DNA of 64,000 nucleotides, from contig CAIYZT010000441.1 of NCBI GenBank assembly GCA_903930735.1, positions 2,975 to 66,974 of the forward strand, given 5' to 3'. Each line of letters begins with the position of its first letter. The first letter of the stretch is position 1. Below, piece by piece: positions 1-8,851 of the stretch. The stretch is from an uncultured Rhodobacteraceae bacterium (GTDB lineage Bacteria > Pseudomonadota > Alphaproteobacteria > Rhodobacterales > Rhodobacteraceae). The translations under genes were made by a program, and so were the position numbers. A model generated the notes under the pieces. The model had not been told where the DNA came from, ran no database searches, and saw only the letters and a program-made list of their open reading frames with translations.

Positions 1-867
1 CGCGGCAAAGCCGTAACCGGGCGACAGGATTGGCTGCAATCGGCCAATCGGCCCGGCAATCTCTCCCACCCCCGCCAGCCCCGCGCAGGCACCACCGATC
101 AAGAGCGACAACCAGACCGCGCGGTTGGCTGAAAATCCGGCGTAACGCGCCGCGGCAGGGGCCACACCGCCAACGTGCAGCCGATAGCCCGAAAAGCTGT
201 GCGCTACGAAGACCCAGGCCACCGCCGACAGGGCCAGCGTCAGGATGATCGAATAATTTACACGCAGCAGTCCACCCTCAACGATCAGCGGGTAAAGCGC
301 CTCGGGCGGGAAGGATACCGATTGCGGAAACGAGAACCCGCGCGGATCTTTCAAGGGGCCGTTGATCACATACAAAAGCACCTGCGCCGCAATCTGGTTC
401 AACATCAGCGTTACGATGATCTCGCTGGCATTGAAGCGCGTTCGCAAGAGCGCGGCGATTGCTGCCCAAGCCACCCCGCCCAGGCCTGCGGCCACGATCA
501 TCGAGGGCAGCATCAGCGAAAACGGCTGATCCACCCAGTAAATCGGGATCAGGCTGGCGAAGATAGCCCCGATCGTCAGTTGCCCCTCGGCCCCGATGTT
601 CCAGACCCGCGCGCGAAACCCGATGGCCAAGCCCTGGGCAATAATGATCAGTGGGCTAGCTTTGATCAGCACCTCGCTGATCCCGTAAGCGTCAAGGAAG
701 GGTTCGACGAAAATGCTGTAGAGGGCCGTTCCGGCATCGTTTCCGGTCACCGTGAACATGATCGTGGCGCAGATCACCGTCAGGACAACGGTCAGGACTG
801 GCACGACGAACAGCATGCGTGACGAACGTTCCGTTCTTGCGACGATTTCGAAGGGCCACACACTCAT
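1..867 (-). CDS. ABC transporter permease (BMP/CUT2 nucleoside-or-sugar type), 3'-partial at window edge
   Basis: ATG at 867 overlaps the upstream ATPase stop (ATGA). My translation MSVWPFEIV...IIAQGLAIGFRARVWNIGAEGQL...GGACAGLAGVGE is hydrophobic and multi-TM, and stays open to position 1. It is absent from the ORF track because it is truncated. Confidence 0.8.
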   Translation of the reverse strand, partial: MSVWPFEIVARTERSSRMLFVVPVLTVVLTVICATIMFTVTGNDAGTALYSIFVEPFLDAYGISEVLIKASPLIIIAQGLAIGFRARVWNIGAEGQLTIGAIFASLIPIYWVDQPFSLMLPSMIVAAGLGGVAWAAIAALLRTRFNASEIIVTLMLNQIAAQVLLYVINGPLKDPRGFSFPQSVSFPPEALYPLIVEGGLLRVNYSIILTLALSAVAWVFVAHSFSGYRLHVGGVAPAAARYAGFSANRAVWLSLLIGGACAGLAGVGEIAGPIGRLQPILSPGYGFAA

Positions 868-2399
868 GCAGCTTCTCCGCGTGTGGCACCAAAATGGCCA
901 ATCATCATTTGACCAATTTCTTCAGCGTTGGTATCGCGTGAATTAACCGGATCCGAGATTTTACCATCAAACATTACGACAAGCCGGTCCGAGATTTCGA
1001 AAAGCTCTTCCAACTCCTCGGAAATCACAAGAATCGCCGTGCCCTGATCGCGCAAATCGATAAGTTTCTGCCGTACCATCGCGGCCGCTCCCACATCGAT
1101 GCCCCAAGTGGGCTGTGAGACAATCAGCACACGCGGCGACAGCATCATTTCTCGGCCAACAATGAATTTCTGAAGATTGCCTCCAGACAGGCTTGAGGCC
1201 AAGGAATGGCGCCCTCTTGTGCGGACATCCATTGTCTCGATGCAGGTGTCCGTAAAAACATCCCGCTTTTGCCTGCTAATAAAGCCGTGTTTGACCATGC
1301 CCGACCGATGCGCCGTCAAAAGGCTATTTTCGGAAAGCGACATTGGCGGGGCGGTGCCGCGGCCGAGCCGATCTTCCGGAACAAAAGCCAGGCCGATCCG
1401 GCGGCGGTGCTCGGCATTTAGATGGCCGACGGGATTTCCCAGCATTTGGATGTGGTCGGCCTGTGCCCCGGAAAGCACTTCCTCGCCCGACAGAAGCCGG
1501 GTCAGAATGGATTGACCATTGCCCGAAACGCCAGCAATGCCGACAATCTCGCCTGCGCGCACTTCAAGGCTGACGTCCTTCAGATCCACGCCGTAGGGGT
1601 CTGGGTTCTGTTGCGAAAGCCCCTGCACCAGCAGCCGAACCTCGCCATCGGCGCGCGAGGGTGGATGCACCGGATGGGGAATGTCACGTCCGATCATCAG
1701 CCGCGCCAACTCACTCGAGGTGGCGGTTCTCGGGTCGGCAGTGCCGGCCACCTTGCCCATCCGCAACACAGTCGCCCTGTGGCAAAGCGCGCGGATCTCG
1801 TCCAGCTTGTGCGAGATATACAAGATCGAAACCCCGCGCTCAGGCAACTTGCGCAGGGTCTGAAAAAGTTGCTCCACACTGGATGGCGGCAAGACCGAGG
1901 TCGGCTCGTCCAGGATCAGAAGTGCCGGATCCTGCAGCAGGCTGCGGATGATTTCCACCCGCTGCCGTTCTCCCACTGACAGCCCATGGACTAGCGCCTT
2001 GGGGTTGACCTGAAGGCCGAATTCATCGCCCTTGGCACGGATTTTTTCTTCAAGGTCCGCCAGTGGCGCTGGCACGGTCAACGAGATGTTTTCGGCCACC
2101 GTGACCGTCTCAAAAAGCGAGAAGTGCTGGAAAACCATACCAATCCCCAGCGCGCGCGCCATGCCGGGGCTCTCCATCCGAACCTCGGCGCCCTTCCACA
2201 AGATCTGCCCTTCGTCGGGCATATGAACCCCGTAGATGGTCTTCATCAACGTCGACTTGCCTGCGCCATTCTCGCCCAGAATCGCATGAATCTCGCCAGG
2301 ATTGATGATCAGATTTATCGCGTCATTGGCCACAAACGCGCCATAGCGCTTGGTGATGCCGCGCAGTTCAAGCAAGCTTTGGGCGGGGATGTCTGTCAT
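864..2399 (-). CDS. ABC transporter ATP-binding protein with duplicated ATPase domains
   Basis: 511 aa with two Walker A sites (GENGAGKST, GVSGNGQS), signature motifs LSVGERQ and LSGGNLQ, and Walker B motifs LILDEPT and LIVSQPT. Confidence 0.9.
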   Translation of the reverse strand: MTDIPAQSLLELRGITKRYGAFVANDAINLIINPGEIHAILGENGAGKSTLMKTIYGVHMPDEGQILWKGAEVRMESPGMARALGIGMVFQHFSLFETVTVAENISLTVPAPLADLEEKIRAKGDEFGLQVNPKALVHGLSVGERQRVEIIRSLLQDPALLILDEPTSVLPPSSVEQLFQTLRKLPERGVSILYISHKLDEIRALCHRATVLRMGKVAGTADPRTATSSELARLMIGRDIPHPVHPPSRADGEVRLLVQGLSQQNPDPYGVDLKDVSLEVRAGEIVGIAGVSGNGQSILTRLLSGEEVLSGAQADHIQMLGNPVGHLNAEHRRRIGLAFVPEDRLGRGTAPPMSLSENSLLTAHRSGMVKHGFISRQKRDVFTDTCIETMDVRTRGRHSLASSLSGGNLQKFIVGREMMLSPRVLIVSQPTWGIDVGAAAMVRQKLIDLRDQGTAILVISEELEELFEISDRLVVMFDGKISDPVNSRDTNAEEIGQMMIGHFGATRGEAA

Positions 2400-3025
2400 C
2401 AGGCGAACACATTGATGCCGGGCATGTTGTGGTATCTCGGAAGGCGGGTGAGGCGGTGGATCCAGCGCTGGATGGCGGGATAATAGAAGGTGTCGATGCC
2501 GCCATCGCCGGCAAGCGCCGTATAGGGGAAGCAGGCGATGTCGGCGATCGTGGGACTTGGACCCGCGATCCAGTGGTGGCCTTCGAATTCCTGCTGGCTA
2601 AGGTGGCTGTCGAGAATACGAAACAACCGATGTGCGCCCGCGCGGGCAGCGACAATATCCAGATCATATCCCAGCATGTCGTGCAGGCGCGCGGCCGAGG
2701 AGGTGCCGGTGATGCTGTCAGCAAAGGCAAGCCACTGGACGACCTGGGCGAACTGCGCATGATCGGCCTGCGGCCACCATTGACCCGAAGGGTCATGGCG
2801 GTTGGCCAGATAGACGAGGATAGCCTGGGCGTCGCGGATCACGACGCCGTTGTCCTCTAATACGGGCAACTGACCCAGCGGATTGATTGCCAGAAACGAG
2901 TCGGACTTGTGTTCGCGGCCCGGATAGAAATCAACGCCGACCTTTTCATAGTCCAAGTCCAGAAAGGCCATGAACAGCCGAATCTTGTAACAGTTGCCGG
3001 AAAGGACATAATCATAAAGCTTCAT
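2399..3025 (-). CDS. glutathione S-transferase family protein (copy 1)
   Basis: MKLYDYVLSGNCYKIRL...INPLGQLPVLEDNGVVIRDAQAILVYLA is a thioredoxin-like GST N-domain. The internal ATG at 3025 lies directly after the upstream stop at 3027. Its stop overlaps the ABC ATPase start. Confidence 0.8.
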   Translation of the reverse strand: MKLYDYVLSGNCYKIRLFMAFLDLDYEKVGVDFYPGREHKSDSFLAINPLGQLPVLEDNGVVIRDAQAILVYLANRHDPSGQWWPQADHAQFAQVVQWLAFADSITGTSSAARLHDMLGYDLDIVAARAGAHRLFRILDSHLSQQEFEGHHWIAGPSPTIADIACFPYTALAGDGGIDTFYYPAIQRWIHRLTRLPRYHNMPGINVFA

Positions 3026-3026
3026 A

Positions 3027-3881
3027 TCAGGCAGCCTCTGCCAATTTCGCGGTGCCCCAAACCACGCCATTCGCTTTCAGCCAGCGACGGTAGGCAATGG
3101 ACGACGCGTCGGCGCGGGTTGGCATTTCCCAGCGGGGGTCAATCGGCAATTTGCGCGGGACTTGGTTTTCAAGGATCATGCGGTCCTGCAGGAAGATATT
3201 CTGCTGGAAATGCAGGAGGCTGGTATCAGAGTTGCTTTCGTCGAATACCAGCACGAAGGAATGGGCAATGCAGGCGTCCTCTTCTGTTGGCTGAATGAAC
3301 AGGCCGATCAAATCCCAGGCACCTTCACGAATGGGGCATGTCTTGTATAGAATTGTCGAATAGGGGTGTGGGACTCGGTATTTGTATTCAGTGATCTGTC
3401 CGCCCGTCGCCGTAGCCGCTGCCATTGGCTGAAAAAAGCAGCATTTGGTAGCCCAGATCTCGTCCCTCTCGGCATCCATTGACACGTCGTATTTCTCGAC
3501 CTCCGGATGCTCTTCAATTCCCAGAATCCCCGTGTGGACAAAGGGGAAATGCGCCATGTCGAGGAAATTTTCTACCGCGCGCAGCCCCGAGCACAGCACT
3601 CCGATGGCTCCGGCGGTAACAAGACGGCGACCCTCTTCCAGAAATTCGGGCATGTCGTAAAGCGCACGTGGCTTGTCCATCAGCGTGGTCCAGACATGCC
3701 CGTAGCGCGCCTGAACCATGCAGGGGCGCCCATCGGCGCGGGTGACCTTTACATCCTTTCCCTGCCGAACGGCGACAATATCCTGTGACAGCAGCCGCAG
3801 GGGTCTGGACAGGCCCTCGGGGAAATCGGCAAAGCGGCCAATGGCATACCAGTGTGAGGCTGTGAAGTCATCGGGAGACAT
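3027..3881 (-). CDS. Rieske-less non-haem iron oxygenase catalytic subunit (copy 1)
   Basis: Mononuclear-iron motif NFLDMAHFPFVH (D-x2-H-x4-H). The N-terminal 70 aa lack C-x-H...C-x2-H. Start chosen at the ATG 7 nt after AAGGA; the longest ORF starts at 3908 (TTG). Confidence 0.7.
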   Translation of the reverse strand: MSPDDFTASHWYAIGRFADFPEGLSRPLRLLSQDIVAVRQGKDVKVTRADGRPCMVQARYGHVWTTLMDKPRALYDMPEFLEEGRRLVTAGAIGVLCSGLRAVENFLDMAHFPFVHTGILGIEEHPEVEKYDVSMDAERDEIWATKCCFFQPMAAATATGGQITEYKYRVPHPYSTILYKTCPIREGAWDLIGLFIQPTEEDACIAHSFVLVFDESNSDTSLLHFQQNIFLQDRMILENQVPRKLPIDPRWEMPTRADASSIAYRRWLKANGVVWGTAKLAEAA

Positions 3882-3946
3882 CGCCATTTCCTTTTGGGTC
3901 GTCGTCAAGAGACAGGGCCATCATGGGTGCGGCCCGGTTTGGGCGT

Positions 3947-4609
3947 TCAGGCCGCGATTGGACGTTCCAAATGGCCACGCAGGCTTTCGATCCAGTCGCT
4001 GGCACGGGTCAAATCCTCCGGGCCGGTCACACACGCATGCAGCATCGCTCCGCGCGCGCCCATCGGCTGAACCGCCAGAAGAACCGCCCCCTGCAGGCCC
4101 GCCACGCGCAATTGGCCGGCCCAAGCGCCCATCGCCAGTGCAAGATTGGCTTTGCCTGTGCCTAGAACCTCGGCCAGACCCGTCAGTGAGCGGTTGACCT
4201 GCATCGTCCGGCAAGGCATCCACGTGCCCGAAATCTGCGGAGGCGGCTCCGAACTTTCGGATCGTGCGACCCAGATCATTCCGCCCGTTTCAACACAGCC
4301 ATAGGCCTTTGCCCGGATAGACTTGGGCGGCACCAGGTCGGGATGCGCCGGTATATGGGCGCAGCCACCCGTCCCGTCATAGGTCCAGCCATGATAAAGG
4401 CAGGTCAGCCGATTTTCCCGAACGATTCCATAGGAAAGCCGCATCCCCCGGTGCGGGCATCGGTTTTGCCAGGCGCGGGCAAGCCCATCTTGCCCGCGCC
4501 AAATCGCTATATCATCCTCGAAGATGACAGCCCGTACGGACGTCCCGGTTTCGGCCGCATTCTGCAGGCCTGCTGGCATCCATCCAGCAAACGAGACCAC
4601 GCTGTCCAT
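3947..4609 (-). CDS. stand-alone Rieske [2Fe-2S] domain protein (copy 1)
   Basis: CPHRGMRLSYGIVRENRLTCLYHGW is a complete C-x-H-x17-C-x2-H motif. The protein is 220 aa and has no D-x2-H-x4-H catalytic motif. Confidence 0.8.
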   Translation of the reverse strand: MDSVVSFAGWMPAGLQNAAETGTSVRAVIFEDDIAIWRGQDGLARAWQNRCPHRGMRLSYGIVRENRLTCLYHGWTYDGTGGCAHIPAHPDLVPPKSIRAKAYGCVETGGMIWVARSESSEPPPQISGTWMPCRTMQVNRSLTGLAEVLGTGKANLALAMGAWAGQLRVAGLQGAVLLAVQPMGARGAMLHACVTGPEDLTRASDWIESLRGHLERPIAA

Positions 4610-4717
4610 GCCTCAATCTCCCTGTTCGCATCTTGACGTTAGCAGTGCAGGAGGGGCTTAAATAGGCGGGAAGTCAGAACCAAGCGTCCAAGAATTTGAA
4701 CGACCGCAGGTGAGCCC
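4610..4717. promoter_or_regulatory. divergent intergenic region between the LysR gene and the Rieske operon
   Basis: A 108-bp gap between divergently transcribed genes, which is the classical LysR autoregulatory layout. I did not identify a convincing T-N11-A box. Confidence 0.35.
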
Positions 4718-5650
4718 ATGGAAGAGAAGATCGAGTTGAAGGATATCGACTTGTTCGTGCGGATCGCACGCACCGGCAGCCTTTCGAAGACCGCGCAGCA
4801 GTTCAACATTCCCAAGGCCTCGCTCAGCCATTCGCTGCGGCGGCTGGAGGATTCGCTGAACGTTGAGTTGTTCATTCGCAGCGCCCGCGGCCTCAGCCTG
4901 ACCGAGGCCGGACGGGCTTACCTAAAGAATTGCCACCGCATTTTCGAGAGCTGCGATCTGGCGGCCTATGCGGCGCAAAGTGCGCACAGTTCGGTGTCTG
5001 GAAAGATCCGAATCGCCGCCAGCGCGGAGTTCGGCACATCGATCCTTGGGGCGGCCACGCTGCATCTAGCCAGGGAACACCCCGAATTGGACTTCGAGGT
5101 TCGGATGTATCCCAGCGATGTGCTTCTGACTGCCCAGCCTGAGTTTGATTGCCTAATCTATGTGGGCACGGTGCCGGATTCTAGCTACCTTTGCCGTAAA
5201 ATGGGGACAATTTCATATGGAATCTACGCCAGCCCCAGCTTTCTTAACACCCACGGTACGCCGAAATTACCAAAGGATATAAAGGCGCTAAGCGGCGTGG
5301 AATTTTCTCGCGGCGGCATTTCGGAGGCGTGGCTTTTGAACTTGAAAAACCATGCTCAGCCAATTGATTATCAGCGGAAATTCAGTGTGAACGATTACTG
5401 GATGGCGAAGTATTATGCCGTCTTGGGTCTGGCCTTGGCCTACTTACCGGACTTTTTTGTGCATTACGAGGTGCTGAATGGCGCGCTGCGGCCAGTGCTG
5501 CCCCACGCCCGCTCGGTCGAAACCGCGGCCTGGGTGGTGTTCCCGATGTCGCGCCACAAGAACCCAAGGGTTCAGCTTGCGGTGGACACGCTCTGCTCGA
5601 AGTTTCAGGAGTTCATCGTACATCCCGGCTATACGCTGATCGAGCCCTGA
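4718..5650 (+). CDS. LysR-family transcriptional regulator
   Basis: N-terminal HTH DIDLFVRIARTGSLSKTAQQFNIPKASLSHSLRRLEDSLNVELFIRSARGLSLTEAG followed by a substrate-binding domain of about 200 aa. Confidence 0.9.
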   Translation: MEEKIELKDIDLFVRIARTGSLSKTAQQFNIPKASLSHSLRRLEDSLNVELFIRSARGLSLTEAGRAYLKNCHRIFESCDLAAYAAQSAHSSVSGKIRIAASAEFGTSILGAATLHLAREHPELDFEVRMYPSDVLLTAQPEFDCLIYVGTVPDSSYLCRKMGTISYGIYASPSFLNTHGTPKLPKDIKALSGVEFSRGGISEAWLLNLKNHAQPIDYQRKFSVNDYWMAKYYAVLGLALAYLPDFFVHYEVLNGALRPVLPHARSVETAAWVVFPMSRHKNPRVQLAVDTLCSKFQEFIVHPGYTLIEP

Positions 5651-5910
5651 GGACCGGGGCACGATTGTGCGTGCAACGGCGCCAGTTGGACGTCATCAAC
5701 GCGGCCATTCTCCGGTCCAAGCCAGCAGGCCATTTCAAACATGTCGATCAGGTTTTCGTTACCCTGCACGTCGACGGTGACCCGGCCCGGTGTGACAGAC
5801 AGAATGCGGCTTTTCAGGTCCAGTCGGCGCAGGAAATGCTGCATCAGCGCCAGACAGGCCTCTGTTTCCATCCTGCCCGTCACGGTCAACCTCGTTGCGC
5901 GCTCGGCCAT
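5629..5910 (-). CDS. hypothetical small protein, translationally coupled to the reductase
   Basis: The ATG at 5910 shares one nucleotide with the reductase TAA stop. The 93-aa sequence MAERATRLTVTGRMETEACLALMQHFL... has balanced composition. The longer 146-aa ORF in the track has an Arg/Gly-rich N-terminus that overlaps the reductase. Confidence 0.4.
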   Translation of the reverse strand: MAERATRLTVTGRMETEACLALMQHFLRRLDLKSRILSVTPGRVTVDVQGNENLIDMFEMACWLGPENGRVDDVQLAPLHAQSCPGPQGSISV

Positions 5911-6854
5911 TACAAGTCCAGGACCAGCCGCGCGCCCTTGCAGCGCGATACGCAGGGCATGATCAATGTGCCAAGTGCCTTTTCCGATGCGTTGAGATAT
6001 TGGTCGCGGTGATCGGGAACCCCTTCCAGAACCGTGGTCAGGCAGGTGCCGCAGACCCCCTGTTCGCACGAGGTCATCGGCGTGATGCCCGCCTCTTCCA
6101 TCGCCGCGATGATCGTCTGCCCCTCGGCCACACGCAGGGTCTTTCCCGTGCGCTTCAGCACCACCTCGAACTCGCCGCCGCTCTGGTCCAGCCGAGAGGG
6201 GTCGATCGAGAAGCGCTCCAGATGCACGCGAGAGGAAGGCCAGCCGGCCAGTATCGCCTCGCGCTCAACAAGATCCATGAAGGGGCCGGGGCCACAGATG
6301 TAGAGGTGCCCCTGAGGGTCCGGCGCGGCTAGAAGGCCCCTGACCACCCGGTCAAGTGCAGGGGGCAGAAGACCCAGATGCACCGCCGCCCCCGGCAGGG
6401 CGGTAAGCAGGTCCAGAAAGGGCGTTTGAGGGGCGCTGCGGGCGAAAAGATGCAGCGCACCGGGCTGGCCCCGGGCCGCCACTTGCCGCGCCATCGACAG
6501 AAGCGGCGTGATGCCGATCCCCCCCGCCAGTAAAAGCGGCGGCCCGCCGCCTTCGGCCATCTCGAAATTGTTCCGCAGCACGCCGATTTCCAGCACGTCG
6601 CCCACGCCCAGTTCGTGCATGGCGACGGATCCGCCGCGCCCGTGCGCCTCGCGCTTGACACCGATCAGATAGGCGTCGCGGTCCTCTGGGCCGTTCCACA
6701 GCGAATATTGCCGGATCAGGCCGCCCTTCAGATGCACTTCCAGATGTGCGCCCGGCGTGAAGGGGGCCGGCGGGCCATCGACCGGCACCAGCGCGAAGCA
6801 ACGAATTTCCGGGGTCGCCTCCCAGACGCGAACGATTCTTGCGCGACTGGTCAT
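5910..6854 (-). CDS. VanB/phthalate-dioxygenase-reductase-type oxidoreductase (flavin/NAD-binding domain plus plant-type 2Fe-2S)
   Basis: RQYSLW flavin-binding motif, LLLAGGIGITPLLSM NAD-binding motif, and a C-terminal CEQGVCGTCLTTV...PC ferredoxin cluster motif. Confidence 0.85.
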   Translation of the reverse strand: MTSRARIVRVWEATPEIRCFALVPVDGPPAPFTPGAHLEVHLKGGLIRQYSLWNGPEDRDAYLIGVKREAHGRGGSVAMHELGVGDVLEIGVLRNNFEMAEGGGPPLLLAGGIGITPLLSMARQVAARGQPGALHLFARSAPQTPFLDLLTALPGAAVHLGLLPPALDRVVRGLLAAPDPQGHLYICGPGPFMDLVEREAILAGWPSSRVHLERFSIDPSRLDQSGGEFEVVLKRTGKTLRVAEGQTIIAAMEEAGITPMTSCEQGVCGTCLTTVLEGVPDHRDQYLNASEKALGTLIMPCVSRCKGARLVLDL

Positions 6855-7495
6855 GTGCGGGCTTCCTTCGGCAAAGGCAGGGGCATCATACCGGCCATGG
6901 GCGCAAAGCCCGGAAGGCGCATGAACCGGTCGGTCCAGCGTTGGATCGCTGCGTAAGGTGCCAAATCAATCCCGCCCTCTTCAGCCAGAGCGACATAGGG
7001 AAAGCAGGCGATGTCGGCGATGGTCGGGTGTTCGCCCGCAATGATCCAGTCTTGCCCTGCCCATTCAGCAAACCACAGGTGGTCGTCAAGGATGCGCAAA
7101 AGCTGCACCCCGCCGGCCCGAGCTTTGTCCACATCCAGCCGGAAGAACATCGCATCATGCAGCCGCGCGGCGGAAATCGTGCCGGTGATACTGTCGGCAA
7201 AAGCCAGCCATTGATAGATCGGTCCGATCCTGTCCATCGGGCACCATTGGCCCAAGGGGTCGCGCGTGGTGGCCAGATAGATTAGGATGGCTTGGGCATC
7301 GCGGATAAGCTGACCATCGATCTCAATCACCGGGAGTTGCCCCAAGGGGTTGATCTTGCGGAAGGTGTCCGAGCGGTGCTCGAACCCGGGGTAGAAATCG
7401 ACCAGTCGGGTTTCGTATTCGAGGTCAAGCCAACTCAGAAGCAGCCGGACCTTGAAGCAGTTCCCCGACAGGGCATAGTCATATAATCTGATCAT
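6851..7495 (-). CDS. glutathione S-transferase family protein (copy 2)
   Basis: MIRLYDYALSGNCFKVRLLLSWLDLEYE...INPLGQLPVIEIDGQLIRDAQAILIYLA is a paralogue of 2399..3025. The ATG at 7495 forms an ATGA overlap with the upstream stop. Confidence 0.8.
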   Translation of the reverse strand: MIRLYDYALSGNCFKVRLLLSWLDLEYETRLVDFYPGFEHRSDTFRKINPLGQLPVIEIDGQLIRDAQAILIYLATTRDPLGQWCPMDRIGPIYQWLAFADSITGTISAARLHDAMFFRLDVDKARAGGVQLLRILDDHLWFAEWAGQDWIIAGEHPTIADIACFPYVALAEEGGIDLAPYAAIQRWTDRFMRLPGFAPMAGMMPLPLPKEART

Positions 7496-8031
7496 CCTGC
7501 CGCCTCCAGCCTGCGCCGCAGCGCCGTCAGCATGCGATGCGCCGCCATCGCATCCGGGTCGATGCCATAAACCATGCAGGCCGCTGCGCCCCAAGGGGTG
7601 ATCCGTGTTTTCGTAGGGTCTAGCTCGGCCGCGACCCGGTTGGCCGACACACCGAAATGAAGCGGTCGCAACGGCGGGCCTGCGAAGTCGCCGGTTTCCA
7701 GCACTCCGGCGGAGGCCCAGACAAAGCCGCCAGTGACAGCCGAAGCCAGCACGTGGGCGGAAATCTCGGGATGTCCCTTGCCTCCTTCGGCCGGGACATG
7801 GATTACCGTCCCGTCCTCTGCAAAGCGCCAGCCGTGATAGGGGTCTTCCAGATACGCCCCCATGTTGCGCCCGGCGCTCAGGCGGGAAGACCGGTGCGGG
7901 CAGCGGTCTTCCCAGACATGCACTGAGCCCGACGCGCCGCGCCAGATCACCAGTTCCGCCGTGTCCATCCGTCCTCGCACCAGCCCCTCCGGCAGAACCT
8001 CGCGGTCAAGGGCGACGATGTAGGTGCTCAT
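7492..8031 (-). CDS. stand-alone Rieske-like protein (copy 2) with Asp in place of the third cluster ligand
   Basis: CPHRSSRLSAGRNMGAYLEDPYHGW shows C-x-H present, but the expected C-x2-H reads D-P-Y-H. The ATG at 8031 forms an ATGA overlap with the upstream stop. Confidence 0.7.
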   Translation of the reverse strand: MSTYIVALDREVLPEGLVRGRMDTAELVIWRGASGSVHVWEDRCPHRSSRLSAGRNMGAYLEDPYHGWRFAEDGTVIHVPAEGGKGHPEISAHVLASAVTGGFVWASAGVLETGDFAGPPLRPLHFGVSANRVAAELDPTKTRITPWGAAACMVYGIDPDAMAAHRMLTALRRRLEAAG

Positions 8032-8849
8032 TGCACTGCTCCATATCTTACTCCCTTGTCGCGCAGCCACTGCCGATACGCCAGCGACCCGACATCAACG
8101 CTGACCGAGCTTTCCAGCCCTGCAAGCGGCAGCCGTTTTTCCGTATGCCGTTCCAGCACATATTTATCCTGCACCGAGATCCATTGCTGATCCGATTTCA
8201 ATCGCCGCTCATCCATCCAATTCTCGTGAACCCAGGCGAACATCTTGTGGGCGATGAAGTTCTCTTCATCGACGGGCTGAGCAAAAATTCCCAGAAAGTC
8301 ATGGCGCCCCGGGGATTGCGGGCGATGGATATAGAGGATGACCGTGTAGGGGTCAGCGATGCGGTAGGTGTATTCGGCCACTGATTGGGTCAGCGGAAGC
8401 CAGGCCCTCTGCGAAGGCAGCCATAGGGTTCCGCCCTCATCGATAATGGGTTCGGCGGTGATAATATCCGGATGCGCCGCGTCCCCCAAAATTCCGGGAT
8501 GGACGAAGGGGAAATGGGCATTGTCGATGACATTGTCGATGATGCGCAGGCCTGAACATTTGATCGGCGTGGACCAGATGTTCATCGTCACTCGGTCCAC
8601 CTCGTAATATTCGAGGAGCGACTGCGGCGGTCCGTCGGGCCGACCCAGCGTCGTCCAGACATAGCCGAGCCGTTCCGTCACCGGCAAAGGACGCCCTTCG
8701 CAGGCCGCCGAAATCCAGGTCTTGTGGATGGTCAGGTCGATCTGATGCCCCAGAAGCCTGGTGCGCGTGGCGTGCTGGCGGCGGATATCGGTGGGCGCAC
8801 CCACCGGATACCAGGCATTCCAGACCACCGGATCGTCTCTGGCATCCAT
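8028..8849 (-). CDS. Rieske-less non-haem iron oxygenase catalytic subunit (copy 2)
   Basis: IDNVIDNAHFPFVHPGILG iron motif and no Rieske cysteines or histidines in the N-terminus. It is a paralogue of 3027..3881. Confidence 0.7.
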   Translation of the reverse strand: MDARDDPVVWNAWYPVGAPTDIRRQHATRTRLLGHQIDLTIHKTWISAACEGRPLPVTERLGYVWTTLGRPDGPPQSLLEYYEVDRVTMNIWSTPIKCSGLRIIDNVIDNAHFPFVHPGILGDAAHPDIITAEPIIDEGGTLWLPSQRAWLPLTQSVAEYTYRIADPYTVILYIHRPQSPGRHDFLGIFAQPVDEENFIAHKMFAWVHENWMDERRLKSDQQWISVQDKYVLERHTEKRLPLAGLESSVSVDVGSLAYRQWLRDKGVRYGAVQ

Positions 8850-8851
8850 GC

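Noticed and set aside
175-822. 215-aa plus-strand ORF at the window start
   Set aside because: The opposite strand encodes a convincing multi-TM ABC permease that is translationally coupled to the ATPase. The plus-frame product is Arg/Gln/His-rich.
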